Origin: Longimicrobiales bacterium | GTDB lineage: Bacteria > Gemmatimonadota > Gemmatimonadetes > Longimicrobiales > Gaopeijiaceae | DNA length: 64,000 bases | Assembly (NCBI GenBank): GCA_965202805.1 | Contig: OZ241869.1 | Span: 864,001-928,000, forward strand | Direction of reading: 5' to 3' | Shown: positions 40,257-48,643 of the stretch, in pieces | How the letters are laid out: each line of letters opens with the position of its first letter | How positions within the stretch are numbered: the first letter of the stretch is position 1 | Notes under the pieces: generated by a model | The model's input: the letters and a program-made list of their open reading frames with translations, nothing else | What the model was told of the DNA's origin: nothing | Databases searched by the model: none | Program-made: the position numbers and the translations under genes

Positions 40257-40974
40257 CGACCGACTGCTCGTCCTCATCCCGACCTTCAACGAGCGGGAGA
40301 ACCTCCCCCGGATCGTGCCCCTGGTTCTGGAGCAGGACGCGGGCATCGAGATCCTGGTCATCGATGACGGGTCTCCGGACGGCACCGGCCAGCTGGCCGA
40401 TGAGATGGCGGCCGCCGAACCTCGACTCCACGTGCTTCATCGAACCGAGAAGCTCGGCCTCGGCCCCGCGTACCTGGCGGGTTTCCGGTGGGGGCTCGCG
40501 CGCGGCTATCCGCTTCTCTGCGAGATGGACGCCGACCTGTCGCATTCGCCGGAGATGCTGCCGGCGTTCATGGAGCAGACCCGCCACGCGGACGTCGTCA
40601 TCGGATCCCGTTATCTCAACGGCCGGGTCACGGTGGTCGACTGGCCCATGAGCCGGCTGCTGATCAGCTACTTCGGCTGCTGGTACGCGCGCACCATCAC
40701 CGGTCTTCCGGTCGCCGACGCCACCGGCGGCTTCAACTGCTGGCGCAGGGAAGTCCTCGAGGCCCTCGACCTCGACCGGATCGTCTCCAACGGATACGCC
40801 TTCCAGATCGAGTTGAAGTTCCGTGCGGCCCGCAAGGGCTTTCGCCTGGTCGAGGTGCCGATCGTCTTCACGGAGCGCGATTCCGGGGAGTCGAAGATGT
40901 CGGGGAAGATCGTTCGGGAAGCGGTCTGGCGCGTCTGGATGCTCCGCATTCTCGATCTGCTCGGCCGTTTGTGA
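40249..40974 (+). CDS. GT2 polyprenol-phosphate mannose synthase (Dpm1/Ppm1-like)
   Basis: IPTFNERENL, DDGSPDGT, MDADLSH, GSRY and GYAFQIE motifs. Confidence 0.88.
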   Translation: MPDDRLLVLIPTFNERENLPRIVPLVLEQDAGIEILVIDDGSPDGTGQLADEMAAAEPRLHVLHRTEKLGLGPAYLAGFRWGLARGYPLLCEMDADLSHSPEMLPAFMEQTRHADVVIGSRYLNGRVTVVDWPMSRLLISYFGCWYARTITGLPVADATGGFNCWRREVLEALDLDRIVSNGYAFQIELKFRAARKGFRLVEVPIVFTERDSGESKMSGKIVREAVWRVWMLRILDLLGRL

Positions 40975-41113
40975 AGGATCTTCCTCCAGGATCCTGACGG
41001 ACGGCCCCGGACCCCTCCCATCAGAATTCCGAATGCTGAAATCACGGAATTCTGTCGCCGGAATCAGGGAAATTCTACGTCACAGAATCCTGAGAGGGGA
41101 TGGCAGGATTTCA
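40974..41113. repeat. Cluster of 10-bp quasi-palindromes (CAGRATYCTG-like) next to dif
   Basis: CAGGATCCTG 40987, CAGAATTCCG 41022, CGGAATTCTG 41045 and CAGAATCCTG 41083; weaker copies at 40974, 41059, 41068 and 41104. Confidence 0.65.
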
Positions 41114-41116
41114 GAG

Positions 41117-41144
41117 ACTATACATAATACATATTATGCGCAGC
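41117..41144 (-). other. dif site (XerC/XerD chromosome dimer resolution site)
   Basis: The - strand reads GCTGCGCATAA-TATGTA-TTATGTATAGT versus E. coli dif GGTGCGCATAA-TGTATA-TTATGTTAAAT. It has the 11-6-11 architecture, is intergenic and AT-rich, and sits at the gene-orientation switch. Confidence 0.88.
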
Positions 41145-41388
41145 TTAGCGGCCGGCGTGGGCCTTCAGCACCAGACTCGGGGGCTCGCGGACTGATCCGA
41201 GCCCTCCGAAACGTCGCGGAGCTACTCGTTTTCCCCTTCGGCCCCGGCTCGCTAGAATGCCTGTGACGCGGGATGACGTGCTCCCGCCGCCGGCGCGCCG
41301 AACCTCATCCCGGGAAGAGGCGCGTCACGGTGGGGACGTGCCGAAGTCGGATGCCGGTTATGGGGTCCGGGGGATGCGGGAGAGGTCG

Positions 41389-42696
41389 ATGATGCCGAAA
41401 CCGATGCGGTCAAGCAGCGTTTGCGCCTTCTGCGGTCTCGTGCGACGTGTGCGGGCCTCGGGGCGGCCGCACTTCACCGCCTGGGCCCTCCTGTCCGTCG
41501 CGGCCGGGTTGCTGGCGATCTCGGGATGTGAGGAAGTCGAGCAGCTCCGGGACCATTTTCGCGATCTGACCCCGCACGAGGCCTACCAGGCGCAACTGAA
41601 CGTCGCGGGGCTCGGGGGATCGGCGCTCGCGAGGGACTGGGAGGCGGCGGGGCGTCGAGCGCTCGCCGAGCCGGTCGCGGTGACTCTGCCCTATGTCGAG
41701 GAAGGCTACATCAGCCCGGATGCCCCGGAGGCGACCGGATACCGGTTTCGCCTCGAGCGCGGCAGAAAACTGACGGTCGAGGTTTCGGTGCAATCCGGCG
41801 CGCCCGCGCGGGTATTCGTGGACCTCTTTCGTGTGCCCGCCGATGCTGCCGACCCCATGAGGCCGATTTTCTCGTCCGAGTCGCCGGTCGACGTGTTCTC
41901 GCACGAGCCCTGGCGCGGCGGGGAGTTCCTTCTCCGGGTCCAACCGGAGCTTCTGCGGGGCGGCAGCTACTCGGTCAGCCTGGAGATCCAGGCCCAGCTG
42001 GTGTTCCCCGTCGAAGGGCGCGGCTCGGAATACATTTACAGCTGGTTCGGAGCGCCGCGGGACGGGGGTGCGCGCATCCACCGGGGCGTGGACATCTTCG
42101 CGCGCCGCGGAACCCCCGTGCTGGCGGCCTCGGCCGGAAGGGTCAGCCGGGTGCGGGACACCCGGATCGGCGGCAAGGTGGTGTGGGTGCGCGACCCGGT
42201 GCGAAACGCCAGCATCTACTACGCCCATCTGGACAGCCAGTACGTCCGTGACGGACAGGAAGTCCAGGCCGGCGATACCGTCGGCTTCGTGGGCAACACC
42301 GGGAACGCGCGCACCACCCCGCCTCACCTGCATTTGGGCCTCTACCGGCGCGGCGAAGGCGCGGTCGACCCCTTCCCTTTCATCGATCCGGTCCGCGCAA
42401 CGGCTCCGGAGCTCGTCGTCGACACCGAACGCCTGGGCCAATGGAACCGGGTGCGCAACGCAGGGGTCCGGCTGCGGGCGGCGCCGGGTGCGCGGGGGGA
42501 CGTGGTGCGCGAGCTGGACCGGCACACGCCGCTTCGGGTCCTCGCCGGCTCCGGCAGCTTTTTCCGGGCGCGGCTGCCCGACGGCACGACAGGTTACGTG
42601 GCCGCGCGCCTCACCGAGCCGTTGGTGGAGTCGAGTTCCGGACTCAACCCCCGGACGACGCCCGGGCGCGCATCTCAGCCAGGCGCATCTCGATGA
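41389..42696 (+). CDS. M23 metallopeptidase with C-terminal SH3b-like domain, probable lipoprotein
   Basis: Lipobox ISGC; HRGVD, YYAHL and PHLH motifs; VRLRAAPG...GYV SH3b-like tail. Start uncertain. Confidence 0.88.
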   Translation: MMPKPMRSSSVCAFCGLVRRVRASGRPHFTAWALLSVAAGLLAISGCEEVEQLRDHFRDLTPHEAYQAQLNVAGLGGSALARDWEAAGRRALAEPVAVTLPYVEEGYISPDAPEATGYRFRLERGRKLTVEVSVQSGAPARVFVDLFRVPADAADPMRPIFSSESPVDVFSHEPWRGGEFLLRVQPELLRGGSYSVSLEIQAQLVFPVEGRGSEYIYSWFGAPRDGGARIHRGVDIFARRGTPVLAASAGRVSRVRDTRIGGKVVWVRDPVRNASIYYAHLDSQYVRDGQEVQAGDTVGFVGNTGNARTTPPHLHLGLYRRGEGAVDPFPFIDPVRATAPELVVDTERLGQWNRVRNAGVRLRAAPGARGDVVRELDRHTPLRVLAGSGSFFRARLPDGTTGYVAARLTEPLVESSSGLNPRTTPGRASQPGASR

Positions 42697-43351
42697 CCCC
42701 GCGGCCGGGGTCGGCCGCATCCAGTTCGGCGAGCAGGTCCCCGAGCAGCGCCTCCGCTTCCGCGTAGCGGCCCTGCGCCGCCCGCACGCGCGCCGCGTCC
42801 GAGAGCGCGTTGCGCAACTGGAACCCCAGGTCGGTCTCGTCCGCGATTTCGAGATAGGTCGCGACGGCCTCGTCCCACAGGCCCTGCTGCTCGTAGGCGG
42901 CGCCCAGGAGGAAGCCTGCCTGCAGTGCCACCGGCTCGCCGAGGCGGCCGCGCAGCGGCTGCAAGGCGTCGATCGCCGCCTGGACATCCCCGTTCTCAAG
43001 CTGGACCTGGCCCAGCAGAAGCCGGGCTTCAGCGGCGCTGGAGGCGTTCTCGAAGCGCTCCAGGAACCGGTTCAGCTCGGCCAGCGTCTCTTCGGTGCTG
43101 ACCACGCCAACCACCTGATGAATCTGCTCCAGCTCGAGAGCACTCTGATCCTCACGCGTCTCGCTGAAGTTGAAGTAGTACACGGTGGCGGCGACGGCGA
43201 GCGCGACCACGATGCCCGCAAAGATCAGAGTCTGAGCGTTGTTCTGGGCCCAGACCGTGATTTCGAGGACCCGGCTGGTAAAGAGGTCGTCCTCGTCGGG
43301 CGAACTGGAGGCCGGCCCTCCCGGGGCAGGACGTCGGGAATACTTGGACAT
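42644..43351 (-). CDS. YfgM-like TPR membrane-anchored protein
   Basis: DDLF...W.Q.N, a single TM segment, then TPR-like helices. Confidence 0.75.
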   Translation of the reverse strand: MSKYSRRPAPGGPASSSPDEDDLFTSRVLEITVWAQNNAQTLIFAGIVVALAVAATVYYFNFSETREDQSALELEQIHQVVGVVSTEETLAELNRFLERFENASSAAEARLLLGQVQLENGDVQAAIDALQPLRGRLGEPVALQAGFLLGAAYEQQGLWDEAVATYLEIADETDLGFQLRNALSDAARVRAAQGRYAEAEALLGDLLAELDAADPGRGVIEMRLAEMRARASSGG

Positions 43352-43558
43352 GAAGCGAAGATGTGGGGCTGGCGCGGAAACCGGTTGGGGGGCTCATCCC
43401 TGGCTCGCACGGAACCCGGCGAACTCGATAACGGCGGCAAAACCTAATCTTTGCGCTCCATCCGGGTCAACGGGAACGCAAATGGCCAGGCATCACCCGG
43501 CGATTACCGTGGCGACCGAGAGGGTCGCGGCGCGACCGGGTGCATGCGAAGCCGGGCG

Positions 43559-44494
43559 CTACCGCCCCGTGCCCGGTGGCCTCAGCTCGTTCCATCGCTC
43601 GATGAACGCGACAGCCGCGTCCACGAACGATTCGGTGGTCGCCCGCCCCCGTTCCAAAGTCGCCAGGGCGGGGTCGCGCTCTCCCCACACCCCCGTGGTC
43701 GACATCTGTGCGGCCGATGTCCCCTTCCCGGTCGCCTCGTCCTTCAGCCCCTCCGCCAGGAACACCGCAAGCGCGGTCGGATCTCCGGCGAGCACCTCGG
43801 GCACCATCGCTTCCAGGTGGGGAGGCAAGGTCAACTCCGCGACCTCGGCGGCCTCCAGATCCACCAGGTGGGGAATCAGATAGAGCGAATTGGAGGTCTC
43901 ACCCGTGCCGCCGTGGCGGTCCAGCACAGGAGTCGATGGAGCCGGCTGCGGATCCGAGTCGCGAACGGCAAACGGGCGGGCGGCCGCGCCCAGATCGACC
44001 GCGATCCCCTCCGTCTCCTGATTGATGCGGTCCACGATGAAGGTCGTGATGGCCCGGTTTCCGCCATGAGCATTCAGGACTAGAAAACGCTTGAAACCAT
44101 GCTTCATAAGACTCTTGGCAGACTCGACATAAACCTCTTGAACGAGCGTCGAAGGTAAGGTCACCGTGCCCGCGAATTCCATGTGGTACGGTGACTGCCC
44201 GGGCAGCAGGATCGGCGCCACCAGCACATCGGCTCGCTGGGCCACCCTCTTGGCGCGTTCCACTCCGTTCAGGTAGTCGGTGCCGATGGGCAGGTGGGTG
44301 CCGTGCTGCTCGAGCGCACCCACCGCGAAGATGACCATGTCCGTTCGGGTGAGGAGATCCTCGACCTCCGGCCGGGTCATGTGGGGGAGATAGTTGCGGA
44401 CCTTGAGGATCGGTGGCAGTTCGGGTTCCTGCGCGGCGGCGAGGCAGGGCGAGAGCGCGAACCAGAGGGCGAGGATCGAGGCGGGGCGACGCAT
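43559..44494 (-). CDS. Creatininase (creatinine amidohydrolase) family protein with signal peptide
   Basis: GALEQHGTHLPIGTD, HMEFAGT, NAHGGN and HGG..ETS motifs; CAGGAGG RBS. Confidence 0.9.
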   Translation of the reverse strand: MRRPASILALWFALSPCLAAAQEPELPPILKVRNYLPHMTRPEVEDLLTRTDMVIFAVGALEQHGTHLPIGTDYLNGVERAKRVAQRADVLVAPILLPGQSPYHMEFAGTVTLPSTLVQEVYVESAKSLMKHGFKRFLVLNAHGGNRAITTFIVDRINQETEGIAVDLGAAARPFAVRDSDPQPAPSTPVLDRHGGTGETSNSLYLIPHLVDLEAAEVAELTLPPHLEAMVPEVLAGDPTALAVFLAEGLKDEATGKGTSAAQMSTTGVWGERDPALATLERGRATTESFVDAAVAFIERWNELRPPGTGR

Positions 44495-44618
44495 GGGAAT
44501 TCCCTCCTGAAGGCTGGACGTTGGGCGGTAGGCCGGGCCGGGCCGATGCGACGACCCTCCTGCCAACCTATCGCGTCTGCGCGCGGTTATCGATCCGCAG
44601 CAGGGACGCCCCCGCCCC

Positions 44619-44653
44619 AGCCTAGTCTAGGCTAGCTTAGCTTAGCTCGCCTA
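44619..44653. repeat. CTAG/AGCT-rich micro-repeat downstream of the MFS stop
   Basis: AGCCTAG-T-CTAGGCT palindrome (44619-44633) followed by (TAGCT)x3 (44633-44647). Confidence 0.7.
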
Positions 44654-45877
44654 ATACCTTGCCGCCCCGGACAGACCCGACCGGGCGTGTGGCCGGAGCG
44701 CGGGATGGAGGGCCAGTACTGCTCCGAGCAGGAACATCGGCATGGCGGCGAGCGCCGCCGGCTGCGGCCCGACCAGGTCTCCGAGGACGCCCACAACCCC
44801 CACCCCCAAGGTGCCCGCGCCCCACGCCAGCCCCATGACGATCCCGGAGCCTATGCTGGCCCCCGTGGGGAGGACTTCCTGGGCGATGACCACGGTCGGG
44901 GGGAGCAGCGCCATGTTGAGCAGCCCCGCGCAGCCAAGCGCGGCAAAGGCCAGGGCGGTCCCGGGTGGCAGGTAGACCGCCAGAAAGTGCGCGGGCGCGG
45001 CGAGGATGCAGATCCCGGCCAGCAACCGGGTGCGGTCGATGCGGTCGGTCAGGAGGCCGGCGAAGATGGTCCCTCCCGCCTGGAGTCCCAGGTAGACGCT
45101 GAGGGAAGCCGCCCCGAGGGCCTCCGAGCCGCCGGCCTGGTCGACCACGATGGGATACAGGGTCAGAAAGGTCCGCTGGACGAACGCCCCCAGCGCGCTG
45201 ATGCCGAAAACCAGGCCGAGCGGCCCCGCGAGTGCGCGCAGCACCTGTCGCGGCGAGGGCGGCGGCACGGGTACGCGACCGCGCACGGGGCGAGGCAGAA
45301 ACGCCAGGGTAGCGAACCCGATGAGGATGCCGGGGAACATCGCCACCCAGAGGCCTTCCAAGGTGAAGAAACCGACCATGGCCACGGCCGTGACCGGTCC
45401 GAGCGCGAAGCCCAGGTGTCCGCCGAAGGAAAAGATGGACACGCGCAGACCGCTCCCCTTCCCCTCCGAGACACGTCCGGCAAGCGACACGGCCGGCGGA
45501 TGGAAGAAGGCGCTTCCGAGCCCGCCCAGCGCCAGCAGCACGACGAGCACACCGAACGACGGCGCGAGTCCGATGAGGCTGAGGAAGAGGCCGGATACGA
45601 TCGGTCCGAGCGCCACCAGCCAACGTCGGCCCACCCGGTCGGCGAGGTAGCCCATGACCGGTTGAGGCAGGGACGAAGCCAGCGAAAGGACCATGCTCAG
45701 CACGGCCGCGAGCGCGATGGACAGGCCCAGCTTGTCCATGAGACGTGGCAGAAGCGGGTGCAGGAAGGCGACGTAGGCGTCGTTGGCGAGGTGCGCCACG
45801 GTCAGCGTCACCGCGATGGTGAGGGCACTCGGGCCGCTCGCACGCGACCGGGACGGCTCCGGGGCAGAGGCTGTCAT
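44651..45877 (-). CDS. MFS transporter, Fsr (fosmidomycin resistance)-like
   Basis: H..ND.Y, QP..GYLADRVGRR and GLGSAFFHP motifs; about 12 hydrophobic segments. Confidence 0.88.
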   Translation of the reverse strand: MTASAPEPSRSRASGPSALTIAVTLTVAHLANDAYVAFLHPLLPRLMDKLGLSIALAAVLSMVLSLASSLPQPVMGYLADRVGRRWLVALGPIVSGLFLSLIGLAPSFGVLVVLLALGGLGSAFFHPPAVSLAGRVSEGKGSGLRVSIFSFGGHLGFALGPVTAVAMVGFFTLEGLWVAMFPGILIGFATLAFLPRPVRGRVPVPPPSPRQVLRALAGPLGLVFGISALGAFVQRTFLTLYPIVVDQAGGSEALGAASLSVYLGLQAGGTIFAGLLTDRIDRTRLLAGICILAAPAHFLAVYLPPGTALAFAALGCAGLLNMALLPPTVVIAQEVLPTGASIGSGIVMGLAWGAGTLGVGVVGVLGDLVGPQPAALAAMPMFLLGAVLALHPALRPHARSGLSGAARY

Positions 45878-46108
45878 CGGAATACCCGCGCGGATGCGGG
45901 GCGCGTCATCGCAAACAACCCGGAAGTACGTTCGGCATCGGGCTCTCCGGAGGCTGACGGCGCCGGCTTCGTCCATCGCGAGCGCCCGGAAGCTAAGACC
46001 GCAGGCGGGATCGACCAAACTCGCGCGCACGCCGTACTCTGGCGCCTCTCGCGCGGGTTGCTGACATTAGACGAGGTCGGCCCCGCAACCCTCGAAGGAA
46101 ACAGCCCG

Positions 46109-47683
46109 ATGAACGCTCGTGCGTGGATGGTTTCCGGGAAGACGATCCCCGTGCTCGGCTCCCTGCTCTGCCTCCTCGTTCCTGCCCCGTCAGGCGCGCA
46201 GGAACTCGGATCCGTCAACTTCCCCACCTCGGGGTCGGCCGAGGCTCAGCCGCATTTCGAGGCGGGGCTGATGCTTCTGCACAACTTCGAATACGAGGAC
46301 GCCGCGGCCCGCTTCAGGAGAGCGCGCGAGATCGATCCGGGTTTCGCGATGGCATTCTGGGGCGAGGCTCAGACCTGGAATCATCCCATCTGGATGGAGC
46401 AGGATCGGGATGCGGCGCTGGCCGTCCTCGGCGAGTACGCGCCGACACCCCGCGAACGGCTCGCCCGGGTCCACACCCCACGCGAAAGGGACTGGCTGGA
46501 GACGGTGGAGATCCTCTACGGCGAGGGCCCCAAGGAGGAGCGGGACTTCCGCTACCGCGACGCCATGAGGCGGCTGGCCGAAAAATACCCGCAGGACCAG
46601 GACGCGCGGGCCTTCTACGCTCTGTCGCTGCTCGGAACGGCACATGAGGGCCGCGACTTCGCAATCTACATGAAGGCGGCCGCCGTGGCCCAGCCGGTGC
46701 TCGAGGAGAACCCGATGCACCCGGGCGCCGCCCACTACGTCATCCATGCCTTCGACGACCCCATCCACGCGCCCCTGGGCCTGCCGGCCGCGCGGGCCTA
46801 CTCGGGGATCGCGCCGGACGCGGGACATGCCCAGCACATGACCTCCCATATCTTCGTGGCCATGGGCCTGTGGGAGGATGTGGTCGCGGCGAACGTGCGC
46901 GCCCGCGACGTGCAGAACGCGGCGCGGGCCCGCAGGGGACAGCGGGCGAACGTGTGCGGCCACTATACATCGTGGCTGCACTACGGGTATCTGCAGCTGG
47001 GACGCCTGGAGGACGCCGCTGCCGGGATGGCCGCGTGCATGGCTCGCATGGCGGATGCGCCGGCCGCCGACGAAGCCGCGTACTTCGTGCAGATGAAGGC
47101 GCGCGCGGTGATCGACCCCGGGGACTGGGCGCGGGCGGAAGAGATCTCGGCCGACCTGAAGGGGTTCCCGGCGCTGGCGCTCCCCAACGACTTCGTCGAC
47201 GCCCTCGCCGCGGTGCGCAGGGGAGACGCGGAACGCGCACGGCAGCTCCGGGCGCGCCACGGAGAACCCGGCGCCCAGGGCAACCCGCGGCACGGCATCC
47301 TTCTGAGGGAACTGGACGCCCTGCTCGCGCTGGCCGCGGGCGATCCGGAGACAGGCATCGACTTGCTCAGGGAGGCGGCGCGGCAGGAGGAGGCCCTTCC
47401 CTACGAGTTCGGCCCTCCGGCCACGCTCATGCCGCCCCATGAACTGCTGGCCCTGGAGCTGGCTTCGCTGGGGCGCCAGGAGGCGGCGCTTCCGGCGTGG
47501 CGGGACCAGCTTGCCCGCACGCCCCGGCGCACCCAGTCGCTGCTCGGGCTGGCCCGCACCGCGACGGCGCTCGGCGACGAGACCGCCGCGCGCGAGGCGT
47601 ACGCCGCCCTGGCGGCGGCCTGGTCCGCGGCCGACGAGAAAGTCCCCGGGCTGGTGGAGGCACGGGCCGGGGGTTCGCGGTAA
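46109..47683 (+). CDS. Secreted TPR-like alpha-helical protein
   Basis: Signal peptide ending SGA-Q; FPTSG..AQ..F..GL..LHNFEY, HPGAAHY.IH and HAQHM.SHIF motifs. Confidence 0.8.
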   Translation: MNARAWMVSGKTIPVLGSLLCLLVPAPSGAQELGSVNFPTSGSAEAQPHFEAGLMLLHNFEYEDAAARFRRAREIDPGFAMAFWGEAQTWNHPIWMEQDRDAALAVLGEYAPTPRERLARVHTPRERDWLETVEILYGEGPKEERDFRYRDAMRRLAEKYPQDQDARAFYALSLLGTAHEGRDFAIYMKAAAVAQPVLEENPMHPGAAHYVIHAFDDPIHAPLGLPAARAYSGIAPDAGHAQHMTSHIFVAMGLWEDVVAANVRARDVQNAARARRGQRANVCGHYTSWLHYGYLQLGRLEDAAAGMAACMARMADAPAADEAAYFVQMKARAVIDPGDWARAEEISADLKGFPALALPNDFVDALAAVRRGDAERARQLRARHGEPGAQGNPRHGILLRELDALLALAAGDPETGIDLLREAARQEEALPYEFGPPATLMPPHELLALELASLGRQEAALPAWRDQLARTPRRTQSLLGLARTATALGDETAAREAYAALAAAWSAADEKVPGLVEARAGGSR

Positions 47684-47718
47684 CCGAGGAACTCCATCAG
47701 GACATGGGAGGGAACATC

Positions 47719-48642
47719 ATGAGCAGCAACATGATCGGGCAAAACAGCGACCAGGCTGGCGAGGCTCCTGCGCCCATCGAGGACTCCCGGGGTCCGGTCA
47801 CCGTCGAACGCATCTTTCGCGACGGCGTCTATCCCTACAGCGACAAGATGAAGCGGAAGCAATACGAGCGGCAGAAGGGCGGGCTGCAGGTCGAGCTGCT
47901 GAAGGTCCAGCGTTGGGTGCGGCGGTCCGGGAGGAAGATCGTCATCCTGTTCGAGGGACGCGATGCCGCCGGCAAGGGCGGCACCATCAAGCGGTTCATG
48001 GAGCATCTGAACCCTCGAGGGGCCCGCGTCGTCGCACTCGACAAGCCCAGCGACGTCGAGCGGGGCCAGTGGTACTTCCAGCGCTATATCCGAAACCTGC
48101 CGACCGCCGGGGAGATGGTGCTCTTCGACCGTTCCTGGTACAACCGCGCCGGGGTCGAGCGCGTCATGGGCTTCTGCACCGGGCAGGAGTACCTCGAGTT
48201 CCTGCGCCAGTGCCCGGAACTGGAGCGCATGCTGGTCAACAGCGGCATCCTGCTCTTCAAGTTCTACTTTTCCGTGTCGCAGGACGAGCAGGCGTACCGC
48301 TTCGAGCGCCGCAATACCGACCCGCTCAAGCAGTGGAAGATCTCTCCGGTCGACCTGGCGTCGCTGAACAAGTGGGACGACTACACGCAGGCCAAGGAGG
48401 CGATGTTCTTCTACACGGATACGGCGGACGCGCCCTGGACGGTGATCAAGTCGGACGACAAGAAGCGCGCGCGCATCGCGGCGATGCAGTTCTTCCTTTC
48501 CCGGCTGGCCTATCCGGACAAGGACCACGAGGTCGTGACCGGACCCGACCCCCTGATCGCGGAATCGGCCACCGTGGTGGTGAGCCGTGACAAGCCGATG
48601 TCGGCCGACCCGGGCGCATCCGGCACCGTGACCGGCCGGTAG
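47719..48642 (+). CDS. ppk2: Polyphosphate kinase 2
   Basis: FEGRDAAGKGG, QWYFQRY, FDRSWYNRAG and DPLKQWK motifs. Confidence 0.96.
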   Translation: MSSNMIGQNSDQAGEAPAPIEDSRGPVTVERIFRDGVYPYSDKMKRKQYERQKGGLQVELLKVQRWVRRSGRKIVILFEGRDAAGKGGTIKRFMEHLNPRGARVVALDKPSDVERGQWYFQRYIRNLPTAGEMVLFDRSWYNRAGVERVMGFCTGQEYLEFLRQCPELERMLVNSGILLFKFYFSVSQDEQAYRFERRNTDPLKQWKISPVDLASLNKWDDYTQAKEAMFFYTDTADAPWTVIKSDDKKRARIAAMQFFLSRLAYPDKDHEVVTGPDPLIAESATVVVSRDKPMSADPGASGTVTGR

Positions 48643-48643
48643 G

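Noticed and set aside
41077..41083. ACGTCAC as a matS site near dif
   Set aside because: Only a half-site; the GTGAC arm is missing.
41177..41209. GC-rich hairpin right of dif as a riboswitch or ncRNA
   Set aside because: The stem is imperfect, with no recognisable family motif or U-tract; evidence is insufficient.
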